Positions 1 through 8,489 of a stretch of DNA of 38,730 nt are shown here, piece by piece. The translations under genes and the position numbers were made by a program. Each line of letters starts with the position of its first letter. The stretch's first letter is position 1. Under the pieces are notes generated by a model. It did no database searches and had not been told where the DNA came from. It saw only the letters and a program-made list of their open reading frames with translations. The stretch is taken from assembly GCA_964408725.1 (NCBI GenBank), contig CAYPAN010000002.1, positions 1 through 38,730 on the forward strand, written 5' to 3'. This DNA comes from an uncultured Candidatus Saccharibacteria bacterium (GTDB taxonomy: Bacteria; Patescibacteriota; Minisyncoccia; Phycocordibacterales; UBA9973).

Positions 1-1
1 A

Positions 2-1912
2 GAAGATTTGTCCGGGAAAATAAAAATCGCCTGGTTCCACCAGGCATACTTGGCGAAAATGATTCACGAGGGTGATAATATTAAACTTACCGGGAAAGTG
101 ACGGACGGTAAATATGGAAAATACTTGGCAAATCCGGAATTTGAAAAGGCTCCCAATATGCCCATAGACTCGCATGACACTTTGTTTACCAAAGAAGGGG
201 CAAACAATCAGGGATATTCATTTCCTATTTACCACGAAACAAGAGGCATAACTTCAAAATGGTTCTACCACGCCATAGAAAAAATATTGAGGGATAAAAC
301 TTTGGATAAAATAGAAGATTATATTCCGAAAGACATTTTGAAAAAATATAATTTGCCGACACTGAAAACATCCTTAGTCTGGATTCACAAGCCAAAAAAT
401 GCACGTGATGCTGAATCAGCCCGAAAACGGTTCGCCTTTGAAGAAGTTTTCTGCATCCAGTTGGAACGCCAGCATGACAAATTTGAATATAAAAAGAATA
501 AATCTTTCAAAATAAAGAGGGATTTGAAAGACACTGAAGAATTTGTAAAACGTTTCCCGTTTTTGCCGACTGATTCTCAAAAAAAATCTATCCAAACAAT
601 TTTGGACGATATGGTAAAAGATTTCCCTATGTCCCGGCTTCTTGAAGGCGATGTGGGGTCCGGGAAAACAGCGGTGGCTGCCACGGCGGCATACACGACA
701 GTTATGCAAAAACCAAACGGACAGAATTTTGGCAATCTGCAAGTCGCCTATATGGCGCCGACGGAAATTTTAGCTACTCAACATTTCGAATCTTTTATAA
801 AATATTTTAAACATCTGCCAATTAATGTCGGACTCATCACCGGTTCCGGTTGCCGTAAATTCCCCTCCAAGGTAAATCCATCAGGCTGGACGGACATTTC
901 TAGAGCGCAACTTTTGAAGTGGACTGCAAATGGAGAAATACCAATTTTGATAGGCACGCACGCTTTAATACAGAAATCCGTTAAATTTAAAAACCTAGCA
1001 CTAGCGGTGATAGACGAACAGCACCGATTCGGCACGGCGCAGAGAAGAAAGTTGGTCCGCAAAGATGGCGTGGCTCCCCATCTGCTTTCTATGACAGCCA
1101 CGCCTATACCCCGCACCTTAGCGCTAACAATTTATGGCGACTTGGACCTTTCCCTACTGAATGAAATGCCGGCGGGTAGAAAAGAAATAATCACGGAAAT
1201 AATTACACCAAACAAACGAGCTGAAACTTATGAAAAAGTCAGAGAAGAATTAGTGCGGGGCAGACAGCTTTATGTGATATGTCCCAGAATAAATGAGCCA
1301 GACCCTGAAAAAGAAATGGCAGTCCTTGCCAAGTCCGCTGTAGCTGAAGCAAAACGTTTGAAAAAAGAAATTTTTCCTGAATACGAAATAGGAGTGCTTC
1401 ATTCAAAAATGAGCAAACAGAAAAAAGAGGAAGTTATGAATAAATTTGTTAAAGGAGAATTAAATATACTTTGCGCCACTTCCGTGGTGGAAGTCGGGGT
1501 AAATGTGGAAAATGCGACCGTCATAATCATAGAAGGCGCGGAGCGTTTCGGCCTAGCTCAGCTTCATCAACTTCGCGGACGGGTAATAAGGAGCAACCAT
1601 CAGGCTTATTGTTATGTTTTTGCCGACGCCAAAAGCGACAAGACAATCCGAAGATTGAAAGCCTTAAAAACCGCCAAAAATGGTTTTGAATTGGCGGAGT
1701 TGGACCTGACATTGCGCGGTTCTGGAGAGCTTGGAGGTACAAAACAATGGGGCATTTCGGACCTCGGTATGGAGGCCATAAAAAATATCAAAATGGTTGA
1801 AGCCGCCCGCACTGAAGCCATCCGCCTGATAACTGATGACCCAGAACTTTACAACTATCCCTTGCTGAAGAATAAAGTAAAAGAGAAAACTAAAGAATTC
1901 CACTTCGAATAA
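2..1912 (+). CDS. recG: ATP-dependent DNA helicase RecG, 5' end cut by the window edge
   Basis: The frame is open from nt 2. The translation carries superfamily-2 helicase motifs in the RecG arrangement (GDVGSGKT Walker A, VIDEQHRFG motif II, SMTATPIPRT, HQLRGRVIRS), preceded by a wedge-like N-terminal region. Confidence 0.9.
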   Translation, partial: EDLSGKIKIAWFHQAYLAKMIHEGDNIKLTGKVTDGKYGKYLANPEFEKAPNMPIDSHDTLFTKEGANNQGYSFPIYHETRGITSKWFYHAIEKILRDKTLDKIEDYIPKDILKKYNLPTLKTSLVWIHKPKNARDAESARKRFAFEEVFCIQLERQHDKFEYKKNKSFKIKRDLKDTEEFVKRFPFLPTDSQKKSIQTILDDMVKDFPMSRLLEGDVGSGKTAVAATAAYTTVMQKPNGQNFGNLQVAYMAPTEILATQHFESFIKYFKHLPINVGLITGSGCRKFPSKVNPSGWTDISRAQLLKWTANGEIPILIGTHALIQKSVKFKNLALAVIDEQHRFGTAQRRKLVRKDGVAPHLLSMTATPIPRTLALTIYGDLDLSLLNEMPAGRKEIITEIITPNKRAETYEKVREELVRGRQLYVICPRINEPDPEKEMAVLAKSAVAEAKRLKKEIFPEYEIGVLHSKMSKQKKEEVMNKFVKGELNILCATSVVEVGVNVENATVIIIEGAERFGLAQLHQLRGRVIRSNHQAYCYVFADAKSDKTIRRLKALKTAKNGFELAELDLTLRGSGELGGTKQWGISDLGMEAIKNIKMVEAARTEAIRLITDDPELYNYPLLKNKVKEKTKEFHFE

Positions 1913-1925
1913 AGCCGGAGACCTA

Positions 1926-1970
1926 CCCGCAATGCTTTCAGCATAGCTGATGCAGGCGGGGTTTCATTTT
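1926..1970 (+). terminator. Possible compound GC-rich hairpin terminator after recG
   Basis: cccgc (1926-1930) pairs with gcggg (1956-1960) and encloses smaller hairpins (atgc/gcat). It is followed by gtttcatttt. The U-tract is imperfect. Confidence 0.35.
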
Positions 1971-1977
1971 GAATAAA

Positions 1978-2229
1978 TTAAATTAAACTCAAAATAAATT
2001 GAGTCAAAAAAATTAAACCAGTAATAATACCAATTACTCCAGAAACAATTCCAATCCAAAAAAATATTGGATGTTGTTTTTTAATATGCTGAATATTTGT
2101 ATAGATATTTGTTCGAATAAGTTTATTCTTTTCACCGTCCATTATCACTTGTCCATAAATTTTTGAATCAATAATGGAATTATTTTTTGCTGTTTTTTCA
2201 AATTTTACTGCCAAATGTTCTTTTTCCAT
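1978..2229 (-). CDS. Hypothetical small protein with a C-terminal transmembrane anchor (83 aa)
   Basis: ORF with a hydrophobic C-terminus (FFWIGIVSGVIGIITGLIFLTQFILSLI). No family recognised. Confidence 0.45.
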   Translation of the reverse strand: MEKEHLAVKFEKTAKNNSIIDSKIYGQVIMDGEKNKLIRTNIYTNIQHIKKQHPIFFWIGIVSGVIGIITGLIFLTQFILSLI

Positions 2230-2381
2230 AAAGTTTTGTTAAATAATCGATTATTAATTGCCTAGGTTTTCTTGTCGTCACACATAAAATTCTGCTGAAT
2301 TTTTGCGCGACCCCGACTCAGCACCTTCGTGCTTCCGTCTCGGACAAGTTAAAAACTTTATAACATAAACTTTCTAACTTG

Positions 2382-2455
2382 TCCGCCCTCTACGATTCGA
2401 ACGTAGGACCCTCGAGGTATAAGCTCGATGCTCTAACCAACTGAGCTAAGGGCGG
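2382..2455 (-). tRNA. tRNA-Ile with anticodon UAU (reads AUA); CCA not encoded
   Basis: Hand-folded cloverleaf on the minus strand: acceptor CCGCCCT/AGGGCGG, D-arm GCTC-AGTTGGTTA-GAGC, anticodon arm TCGAG-CTTATAC-CTCGA, variable GGGTC, T-arm CTACG-TTCGAAT-CGTAG, discriminator A. Confidence 0.85.
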
Positions 2456-2465
2456 ATTGTTTTTA

Positions 2466-2494
2466 ATACTACAAAATTAAGCGATTTTTCGCAA
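2466..2494 (-). promoter_or_regulatory. Candidate sigma70-type promoter for tRNA-Ile
   Basis: Minus strand reads TTGCGA (2494-2489), a 17-nt spacer, then TAGTAT (2471-2466), ending about 10 nt upstream of the tRNA 5' end. Confidence 0.5.
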
Positions 2495-2499
2495 AGAAA

Positions 2500-4422
2500 T
2501 TAACTTTTTATTTCCAACTTTGCATCATCGCGTTTCTTTGGTATTATGCCGTTAGCGATAATAATTTTGTCGTATTCTTCCTGTTCCAGAGTTTCAACTT
2601 CAATAAGTTTGTGGGCTATCGCGTCCAGCGCTTTTTTGTGTTCGCTTAAAACTTTCTCGGCTGATTTTATACCGTCATTTATTATTCTTGAAACTTCAGC
2701 GTCAACTTTCGTTGCAACTGTTTCAGAATAGGAATCTTCCCTGACCTCTCCCCAATTTAATTTTCCTCCGTCATTTCCGAAAGTCACCGGCCCAATGACA
2801 TCCGACATTCCCCATCTCGTGACCATAGCCCGGGCCAGGTTCGTAGCCACCTGTAAATCACTCGATGGTCCTGTAGTGATGTCTCCGAAAATCATTTTTT
2901 CGGCAACATACCCGCCGAGCGACATCGCAATATCGTCTATAAATTCTTTTTTGGATTGTAAACGTCTGTCTTCCAGAGGCAATTTCAAAGTGTATCCTCC
3001 GGCATTGCCCCGAGCGATGATGGAAACTTTATGCACCGGGTCGGCATTGGGTAGTACGGACGCCACGAGCGCGTGTCCCGCTTCATGATAAGCGGTTATT
3101 TCTTTTTCTTTTTTGGAAAGCAAATGGCTTTTCCTCTCGGGACCCAACATCACTTTTTCTATGGCCCGAATCAAATCAAATTGAAAAACTTTCTTGCGGT
3201 TTTCTCTGGCCGCCAAGATCGCTCCTTCATTCATCAAAGAATACAAATCAGCGCCGGAGAATCCGGGCGTTCGTTCGGCAATTAACTTCAAATTCACATC
3301 TTCGGCTAATGGTTTCAATAATGAATGGATATTTAAAATTTCCTCGCGGTCTATGCGGTCCGGCAAATCAAGCAGCACTTTTCGGTCAAACCGTCCCGGG
3401 CGGATAAGGGCGGGGTCCAGCACATCCGGTCTGTTGGTGGCGGCCATCACAATCACTTTTTCGTTGGGTTCGAAGCCATCCATTTCAACTAAAATTTGGT
3501 TTAGGGTTTGTTCCCGTTCATCATTGCCTCCTCCGAATCCTCCTCCCCTAGTGCGTCCTATGGCGTCTATCTCATCCATAAAGATAATTGCCGGCGCGGC
3601 TTTCTTGGCCATTTTAAACAAATCACGCACGCGCGATGCTCCGACGCCCACGAACATTTCCACGAATTCCGAACCTGAAAGATGAAAGAACGGTACTCCA
3701 GCCTCCCCCGCCACAGCTCTTGCGAGCAACGTCTTGCCTGTGCCCGGCGCGCCGGTCAAAATCACTCCTTTCGGAATTCTCGCTCCGATATCCAGAAATT
3801 TTTTAGGATTCTTCAAAAAATCCACGATTTCTTTCAATTCTTCTTTTGCTTCTTTGCATCCGGCCACGTCTTTAAAGGTCACTTTATTATTTTTGTCATT
3901 CGGGTCTGTAATGCGAGCTTTGGACTGACCGAAAGAAAATGCCTGCATACCCGCGCCTTTTACTTGGCGTGAAAGATACCAAAAGAAAAATATAATAAAC
4001 AGGACCGGCAAAAGAAAAGGCATTATATTCATAACCCAATACCAAAAACCGCCTTCATCTTTTACTTGTATATTTGCTCCCGCTAAAACTTCCGGCTTCA
4101 CTCCATAATTAAATAAAGTCTGGGAAAGAGAAGATTCCACTTCTTTTTTAGAAGTTTTTACCGAATCGTCTTTATATGTGATTGTCAGTTTATCTCCTTC
4201 CACCACGATACCCTTCACATTTCCCGCTATAACGCTTTTTGCTAAGTCAGAAATAGAAACTTCTGGCACATCTTTTGAAACACCGGATATCATCAAATAA
4301 AGAGCCGTGATGGTCATAAAAATCAAAATAGCTCCCATTATACTGCCTGAAAACTTGGGGTTTTCTTTCCTCTTTTTGCCTTTATTTTTAGGCTCTTTTT
4401 GATTTAAAAAATTAAAATCCAT
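2500..4422 (-). CDS. ftsH: ATP-dependent zinc metalloprotease FtsH
   Basis: N-terminal TM segments, AAA+ Walker A GAPGTGKT, Walker [13 protein letters not shown] region, and the HEAGHA zinc motif in the translation. Confidence 0.95.
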   Translation of the reverse strand: MDFNFLNQKEPKNKGKKRKENPKFSGSIMGAILIFMTITALYLMISGVSKDVPEVSISDLAKSVIAGNVKGIVVEGDKLTITYKDDSVKTSKKEVESSLSQTLFNYGVKPEVLAGANIQVKDEGGFWYWVMNIMPFLLPVLFIIFFFWYLSRQVKGAGMQAFSFGQSKARITDPNDKNNKVTFKDVAGCKEAKEELKEIVDFLKNPKKFLDIGARIPKGVILTGAPGTGKTLLARAVAGEAGVPFFHLSGSEFVEMFVGVGASRVRDLFKMAKKAAPAIIFMDEIDAIGRTRGGGFGGGNDEREQTLNQILVEMDGFEPNEKVIVMAATNRPDVLDPALIRPGRFDRKVLLDLPDRIDREEILNIHSLLKPLAEDVNLKLIAERTPGFSGADLYSLMNEGAILAARENRKKVFQFDLIRAIEKVMLGPERKSHLLSKKEKEITAYHEAGHALVASVLPNADPVHKVSIIARGNAGGYTLKLPLEDRRLQSKKEFIDDIAMSLGGYVAEKMIFGDITTGPSSDLQVATNLARAMVTRWGMSDVIGPVTFGNDGGKLNWGEVREDSYSETVATKVDAEVSRIINDGIKSAEKVLSEHKKALDAIAHKLIEVETLEQEEYDKIIIANGIIPKKRDDAKLEIKS

Positions 4423-4430
4423 GACTCACT

Positions 4431-4439
4431 ATGATAGCA
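4431..4439 (-). promoter_or_regulatory. Extended -10 element (TGcTATCAT) 8 nt upstream of the ftsH ATG
   Basis: Minus strand reads gTGcTATCATagtgagtcATG. There is no Shine-Dalgarno sequence between the element and the start codon. Confidence 0.4.
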
Positions 4440-4481
4440 CAAAAAGCTTAAAAATTAAAATTATATAAAAATAAACTTAGC

Positions 4482-4881
4482 GGTGGAGATGGCGGAAATT
4501 GAATCCGCGTGCAGAAGGTTTTTGTAAAAAAGTCCACATGTGTGGCTCGTTTTTGTTTTAAATTAAAAAATTCTTAAACGGGCAAAATATTTTTTAATCG
4601 ATTCCCTTTGTTTCGGAAAAAAGTCAGGACCTCTTTTTTCCTATCCCGACAATATTATGCCCAACTCTCATATATCGGAAGTCTATGAGAAGGACACGAG
4701 CTTACGCTAAAGCGGAAACTCGAGCGAAAGCAAAGTCCGCCATACCGAAGTATGGAGAAACTAATGCTTTAGCTTTAGAAGCTAATTTTGCAATTAACAT
4801 TTGAACGAATTTTAACGAGATTGCGTCCATTCTCGACATGCATCTTTACAAGTAGACCCACTGTCTATGCCTTGCATCCCC
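4482..4881 (-). ncRNA. ssrA: tmRNA (SsrA), one-piece
   Basis: The 5' GGGGATG pairs with the 3' CATCTCC, including a G3:U wobble. T-arm GCGGATTCAATTTCCGC, then ACC. An in-frame tag ORF starts at GCA about 91 nt from the 5' end and ends ...ALA-TAA. The gene lies 11 nt downstream of smpB. Confidence 0.85.
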
Positions 4882-4892
4882 AAATTTTGTTT

Positions 4893-5339
4893 TCAACGAT
4901 CCTTTATTTCTCTTCTAATCTCGCGGTCAGTTTCGCGCTTTTTAATGCTTTCCCGCTTGTCTTGTTTTTTCTTGCCTTTTACTAAAGCGATTTCCACTTT
5001 TATTTTTCTGCCTTTATTATACACCGAAATCGGCACTATTGTCAAACTCTTATTTTTCTCACTGCCGGCCAGCGTGGCTATTTCTTTTTTGGTAAGCAAA
5101 AGTTTTTTGTTTCGGAGAGGGTCGTAATCTTTCGGCATATTATTCGGCTGATAGGGCGGAATACTCGCATTTATTAAAAAAGCTTCCCCACCCCGGACAA
5201 CAATAAAAGCGCCCTCCAAGGACATCCTGCCGCCCCTGACAGATTTGACTTCCGTGCCAAAAAGCTCAATACCCGCTTCGTATTTTTCCAAGATTTCGTA
5301 ATTGAAATATGCTTTTCTGTTTTCCGCGTAATGAGCCAT
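4893..5339 (-). CDS. smpB: SsrA-binding protein SmpB
   Basis: The translation (KAYFNYEILEKYEAGIELFGTEVKS...) is typical SmpB and has a basic C-terminal tail. It is adjacent to the tmRNA. Confidence 0.93.
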   Translation of the reverse strand: MAHYAENRKAYFNYEILEKYEAGIELFGTEVKSVRGGRMSLEGAFIVVRGGEAFLINASIPPYQPNNMPKDYDPLRNKKLLLTKKEIATLAGSEKNKSLTIVPISVYNKGRKIKVEIALVKGKKKQDKRESIKKRETDREIRREIKDR

Positions 5340-5345
5340 ATTTAT

Positions 5346-5354
5346 ATATTATCA
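5346..5354 (-). promoter_or_regulatory. Extended -10 element (TGaTAATAT) 6 nt upstream of the smpB ATG
   Basis: Minus strand reads aTGaTAATATataaatATG. Confidence 0.45.
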
Positions 5355-5387
5355 TATCTTCCATATTTATATTTTCTTATAAAGTTG

Positions 5388-5396
5388 TGATAAAAT
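5388..5396 (+). promoter_or_regulatory. Extended -10 element (TGaTAAAAT) 8 nt upstream of the phosphohexomutase ATG
   Basis: Plus strand reads gTGaTAAAATagacggatATG. It is divergent from the smpB element within a 65-nt intergenic region. Confidence 0.4.
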
Positions 5397-5404
5397 AGAC
5401 GGAT

Positions 5405-6725
5405 ATGCCGTTAAAACCAGAATTAAATGTTTCCGGATACAGAGGAATATGGGGACAAAGTTTGAGCGATGAAATAATCGGAAAGTTTGCCAGGGCTTTC
5501 GCTCTTTTTACGAAGGAAGACTCAAGCAAAAAAAATCCTACCATTTTAATCGGCCGTGATGGGCGTGAAAGCGGTGGGGATATAAAAAAAGTAATTATAA
5601 GAGAATTAGAAAATCTTGGAGTAAACGTCATTGATGGAGATATAATGCCGACACCCACAGTTTTATTTTCTGTCCGCAAGCACAAATACGACGGGGCTAT
5701 TATCATTACGGCTTCACACAACCCGATAGAATACAATGGTTTAAAATTCGTGAATAAAGAAGCTTTTTTCACGACCACCGAAGAAGTGAAAAAAATAAAT
5801 AAATATTATGACCATTCCTAATTTTACAAAAGAACACGCGGACCAGATTTTAGCTCACGTAAATGTGAAAATGATTCGTGATAGAAAATTCAGAGTGGCT
5901 GTGGATATGATAAACGCTTCCGCTTGCGTTATGGACCCGTATCTTTTCGAGCAACTCGGAGTAAAATTGATTCCGCTAAACAATATCCCAAACGGCAAAT
6001 TCACTCATAAACCTGAACCTCTTAAAGAAAACCTGACTGATATATCAAATTTGGTCAAAGAGTCGAAAGCGGACCTTGGTTTTGCCCACGACCCCGATGC
6101 CGACAGGCTCTTGGTTATAAATGAAAAAGGAGAAGTAATTTTAGAAGAATATTCTTTAGCCTTGGCAATAGAAAATGTTTTATCCAAAAATCAGGGCAGA
6201 ACAATTGTGATAAATTTATCCACTTCGCAAATGGATGCGGATATAGCCAAAAAATACGGAAGCGAATGTTTCCGCACAAAAGTCGGTGAAGGAAATGTGG
6301 TTAATGGAATTTTGTCTCACAATGCGATAATCGGAGGTGAAGGAAACGGCGGAATAATTTATCCCACCATCAATACGGTGCGGGACAGCTTCACCGGCCT
6401 GTCTTTAATCCTGGAACTTTTGGCGGAGAGAAACCAGACAGTCAGCGAATGCGTGGCGACTTTGCCGAAATATTTTATGAAAAAAGACAAATGGTCCGTA
6501 GTCGGGAAAAATTTAAATGATATATACCTAAAATTAAAATCTAATTTTAAAGACGCGGAAACAGACGAACAAGACGGCTTGCGCCTTCAATTTTCTGACG
6601 GTTCTTGGCTTCATCTAAGACCATCCAATACCGAACCCATTATCAGGCTTTTTGGAGAAGCAAAAGATGAGAAATCCATAGAGACCTTATTTAACGAAGC
6701 CAAGTTGACTTTAGGCATAAAATAA
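5405..6725 (+). pseudogene. Phosphohexomutase (PMM/PGM/GlmM superfamily) split by a +1 frame change near 5799-5821
   Basis: ORF 5405-5821 encodes domain I with the active-site TASHNP. ORF 5808-6725, in the +1 frame, encodes domains II-IV (metal-binding loop DPDADR, GGEGNGG, C-terminal RPSNTEP). The two ORFs overlap by 14 nt. Together they roughly match the length of one enzyme. Confidence 0.7.
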
Positions 6726-6754
6726 GCTAAACTCTTCTTAGTTTAAGGTATCAA

Positions 6755-7267
6755 ATTTATCAATTGCGAGAAAGAATAAACAACCAAATACGAGCGCACG
6801 AACTTCGTGTTATAGATAGTGAAGGTCAAAATCTCGGTGTTTTAAGTATAAAAGAGGCATTAGAACTAGCCCAAAATAAGGGTCTGGACTTGATTGAAAT
6901 ATCTCCAAATGCTAATCCGCCAATTGCTAAGGTAATGGATTTTGGCAAATATCAGTACGAAGTAAACAAAAAACTTAAGAAGGCAAAAGCGGGTTCCAAG
7001 CCGACGGAAACGAAGTCAATCCAGATTAAGATAGGCACCGGCGACCACGACCTGGAACTTAAAGCCAAAACCGCTTCAAAATGGTTAAAGGAAGGACACA
7101 GAATTAAAGTTGAACTTTTCCTTGCCGGACGCGCGAAGTATATGGATGAAAAATTTTTGAGGGAACGCTTGGACAGAGTACTGCACTTTATTACTGAAGA
7201 TTACAAAATCGGAGATGCTTATAAAAGAGGTCCGAAAGGATTAACAACAACAATAGAGAGAAAATAA
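6755..7267 (+). CDS. infC: Translation initiation factor IF-3, probably starting at ATT 6755 (alternative TTG 6764)
   Basis: The translation is typical IF-3 (INNQIRAHELRVIDSEGQNLGV..., C-domain KEGHRIKV). An in-frame ATT lies 6 nt downstream of aagg (6745-6748). Confidence 0.9.
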   Translation: MYQLRERINNQIRAHELRVIDSEGQNLGVLSIKEALELAQNKGLDLIEISPNANPPIAKVMDFGKYQYEVNKKLKKAKAGSKPTETKSIQIKIGTGDHDLELKAKTASKWLKEGHRIKVELFLAGRAKYMDEKFLRERLDRVLHFITEDYKIGDAYKRGPKGLTTTIERK

Positions 7268-7281
7268 AAAAGAAAAAATAT

Positions 7282-7476
7282 ATGAAGGGCATGAAAACAA
7301 ATAAATCATATTCAAAGAGATTAAAAATTACCAAAAACGGGAAGGTTATTTCTCGTAAGCCGGGTTTTGACCATTTTAACGCCAAGCAGTCACGCACAAA
7401 ACAACTGGCCGGACACAGAGGTCAAAATTTCTTGATAAAGAATAAGCCCAAAAGCCATCTATTACCATTTAGCTAA
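7282..7476 (+). CDS. rpmI: 50S ribosomal protein L35
   Basis: The translation (MKTNKSYSKRLKITKNGKV) fits L35, in the conserved infC-rpmI-rplT order. Confidence 0.9.
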   Translation: MKGMKTNKSYSKRLKITKNGKVISRKPGFDHFNAKQSRTKQLAGHRGQNFLIKNKPKSHLLPFS

Positions 7477-7485
7477 AATAATTCA

Positions 7486-7830
7486 ATGACCAGAGTAAAA
7501 AAGGGAGTACATGCGTTAAAAAGAAGGAGAAGCGTGTTAAAGCAAACAAAAGGTTTTCGCCACGGCCGAAGCACGAAAGAACGGCAGGCCAAAGAAGCGC
7601 TTTTGCACGCGGGCAATTATTCTTTCGCCCACAGAAAAGACAAGAAGTCGCACAACAGGAAACTCTGGAATATTAAAATAAACGCGCTCTCCCGCGAATT
7701 AGGCACGTCTTATTCCAGGTTTATAGATAGTCTGAAAAAGAAAGGAGTATTGCTTGACCGCAAAATCCTAGCCGACTTGGCAGAAAATCATCCGTCAGTT
7801 TTTGCCAAAGTTTTAGAAAGCGTAAAATAA
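7486..7830 (+). CDS. rplT: 50S ribosomal protein L20
   Basis: The translation (MTRVKKGVHALKRRRSVLKQTKGFRHGRS) fits L20. Confidence 0.93.
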   Translation: MTRVKKGVHALKRRRSVLKQTKGFRHGRSTKERQAKEALLHAGNYSFAHRKDKKSHNRKLWNIKINALSRELGTSYSRFIDSLKKKGVLLDRKILADLAENHPSVFAKVLESVK

Positions 7831-7832
7831 AT

Positions 7833-7858
7833 AAAAATCCCCTACAAGGGGATTTTTA
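7833..7858. terminator. Bidirectional intrinsic terminator between rplT and the LOG-like gene
   Basis: Stem atcccc (7837-7842) / ggggat (7848-7853), loop tacaa, flanked by an A-run and a T-run, so it reads as hairpin plus U-tract on both strands. Confidence 0.8.
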
Positions 7859-8452
7859 TTTATTACTCTCATCTATTTTGTATTTTTTAACGAGAGTTAT
7901 CGTATCTGACACGAGCTTCTTCACATTATCACCGCTGATAATCTTGTCATTCGGGCGGTGAGCTTTGGAAATTATATCCTCCAACTCCGCGCTAGTTTCC
8001 CAAGGTCCTTTCAAAATACCTATCGGCTTGCCGTCTTCAAAAGCGACGGTAAACTCGTGTATCGTGCCTATGCGCCCGCAACCAAGTATCACGGCATCGG
8101 AAGAACGGGTAAGAAGCAAGTCCCGTCCCGGATAGCCGAAACCGGTATAAATAATCAAATCCATATAATCAATGGGAAGTTTGTAAACTTCCACATGTTC
8201 TTTTTCGGATGCTGCCGGAGAAAAACCGATTGATATTCCGTCCTCTTCCTTGGCTCCCATAGCCGCCCAAAAAGGGAAACCAGTAGTAGCACCCGTGACC
8301 AAGACCGCTCCTTGGCGGGCTATTTCACGTCCAAGTTCTTTTGCTATTTCCAAAGTACCCGGTCCGCTGTTAGTGGTATCTGCCGCACCGGAAACACATA
8401 TTTTTATTTGGTTATGCCCGTGTTTATTGTAAGGGTTTGAAACGATATCCAT
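7856..8452 (-). CDS. SLOG/LOG-like Rossmann-fold protein (TIGR00725-like)
   Basis: The translation has the LOG-family layout: ICVSGAAD ... GAVLVTGATTG ... SDAVILGCGRIGTIHEF (the PGGxGTxxE-like motif). Confidence 0.65.
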   Translation of the reverse strand: MDIVSNPYNKHGHNQIKICVSGAADTTNSGPGTLEIAKELGREIARQGAVLVTGATTGFPFWAAMGAKEEDGISIGFSPAASEKEHVEVYKLPIDYMDLIIYTGFGYPGRDLLLTRSSDAVILGCGRIGTIHEFTVAFEDGKPIGILKGPWETSAELEDIISKAHRPNDKIISGDNVKKLVSDTITLVKKYKIDESNK

Positions 8453-8489
8453 ATTATTCTTATTATATCACAGAGAAATTTTATTTTTA

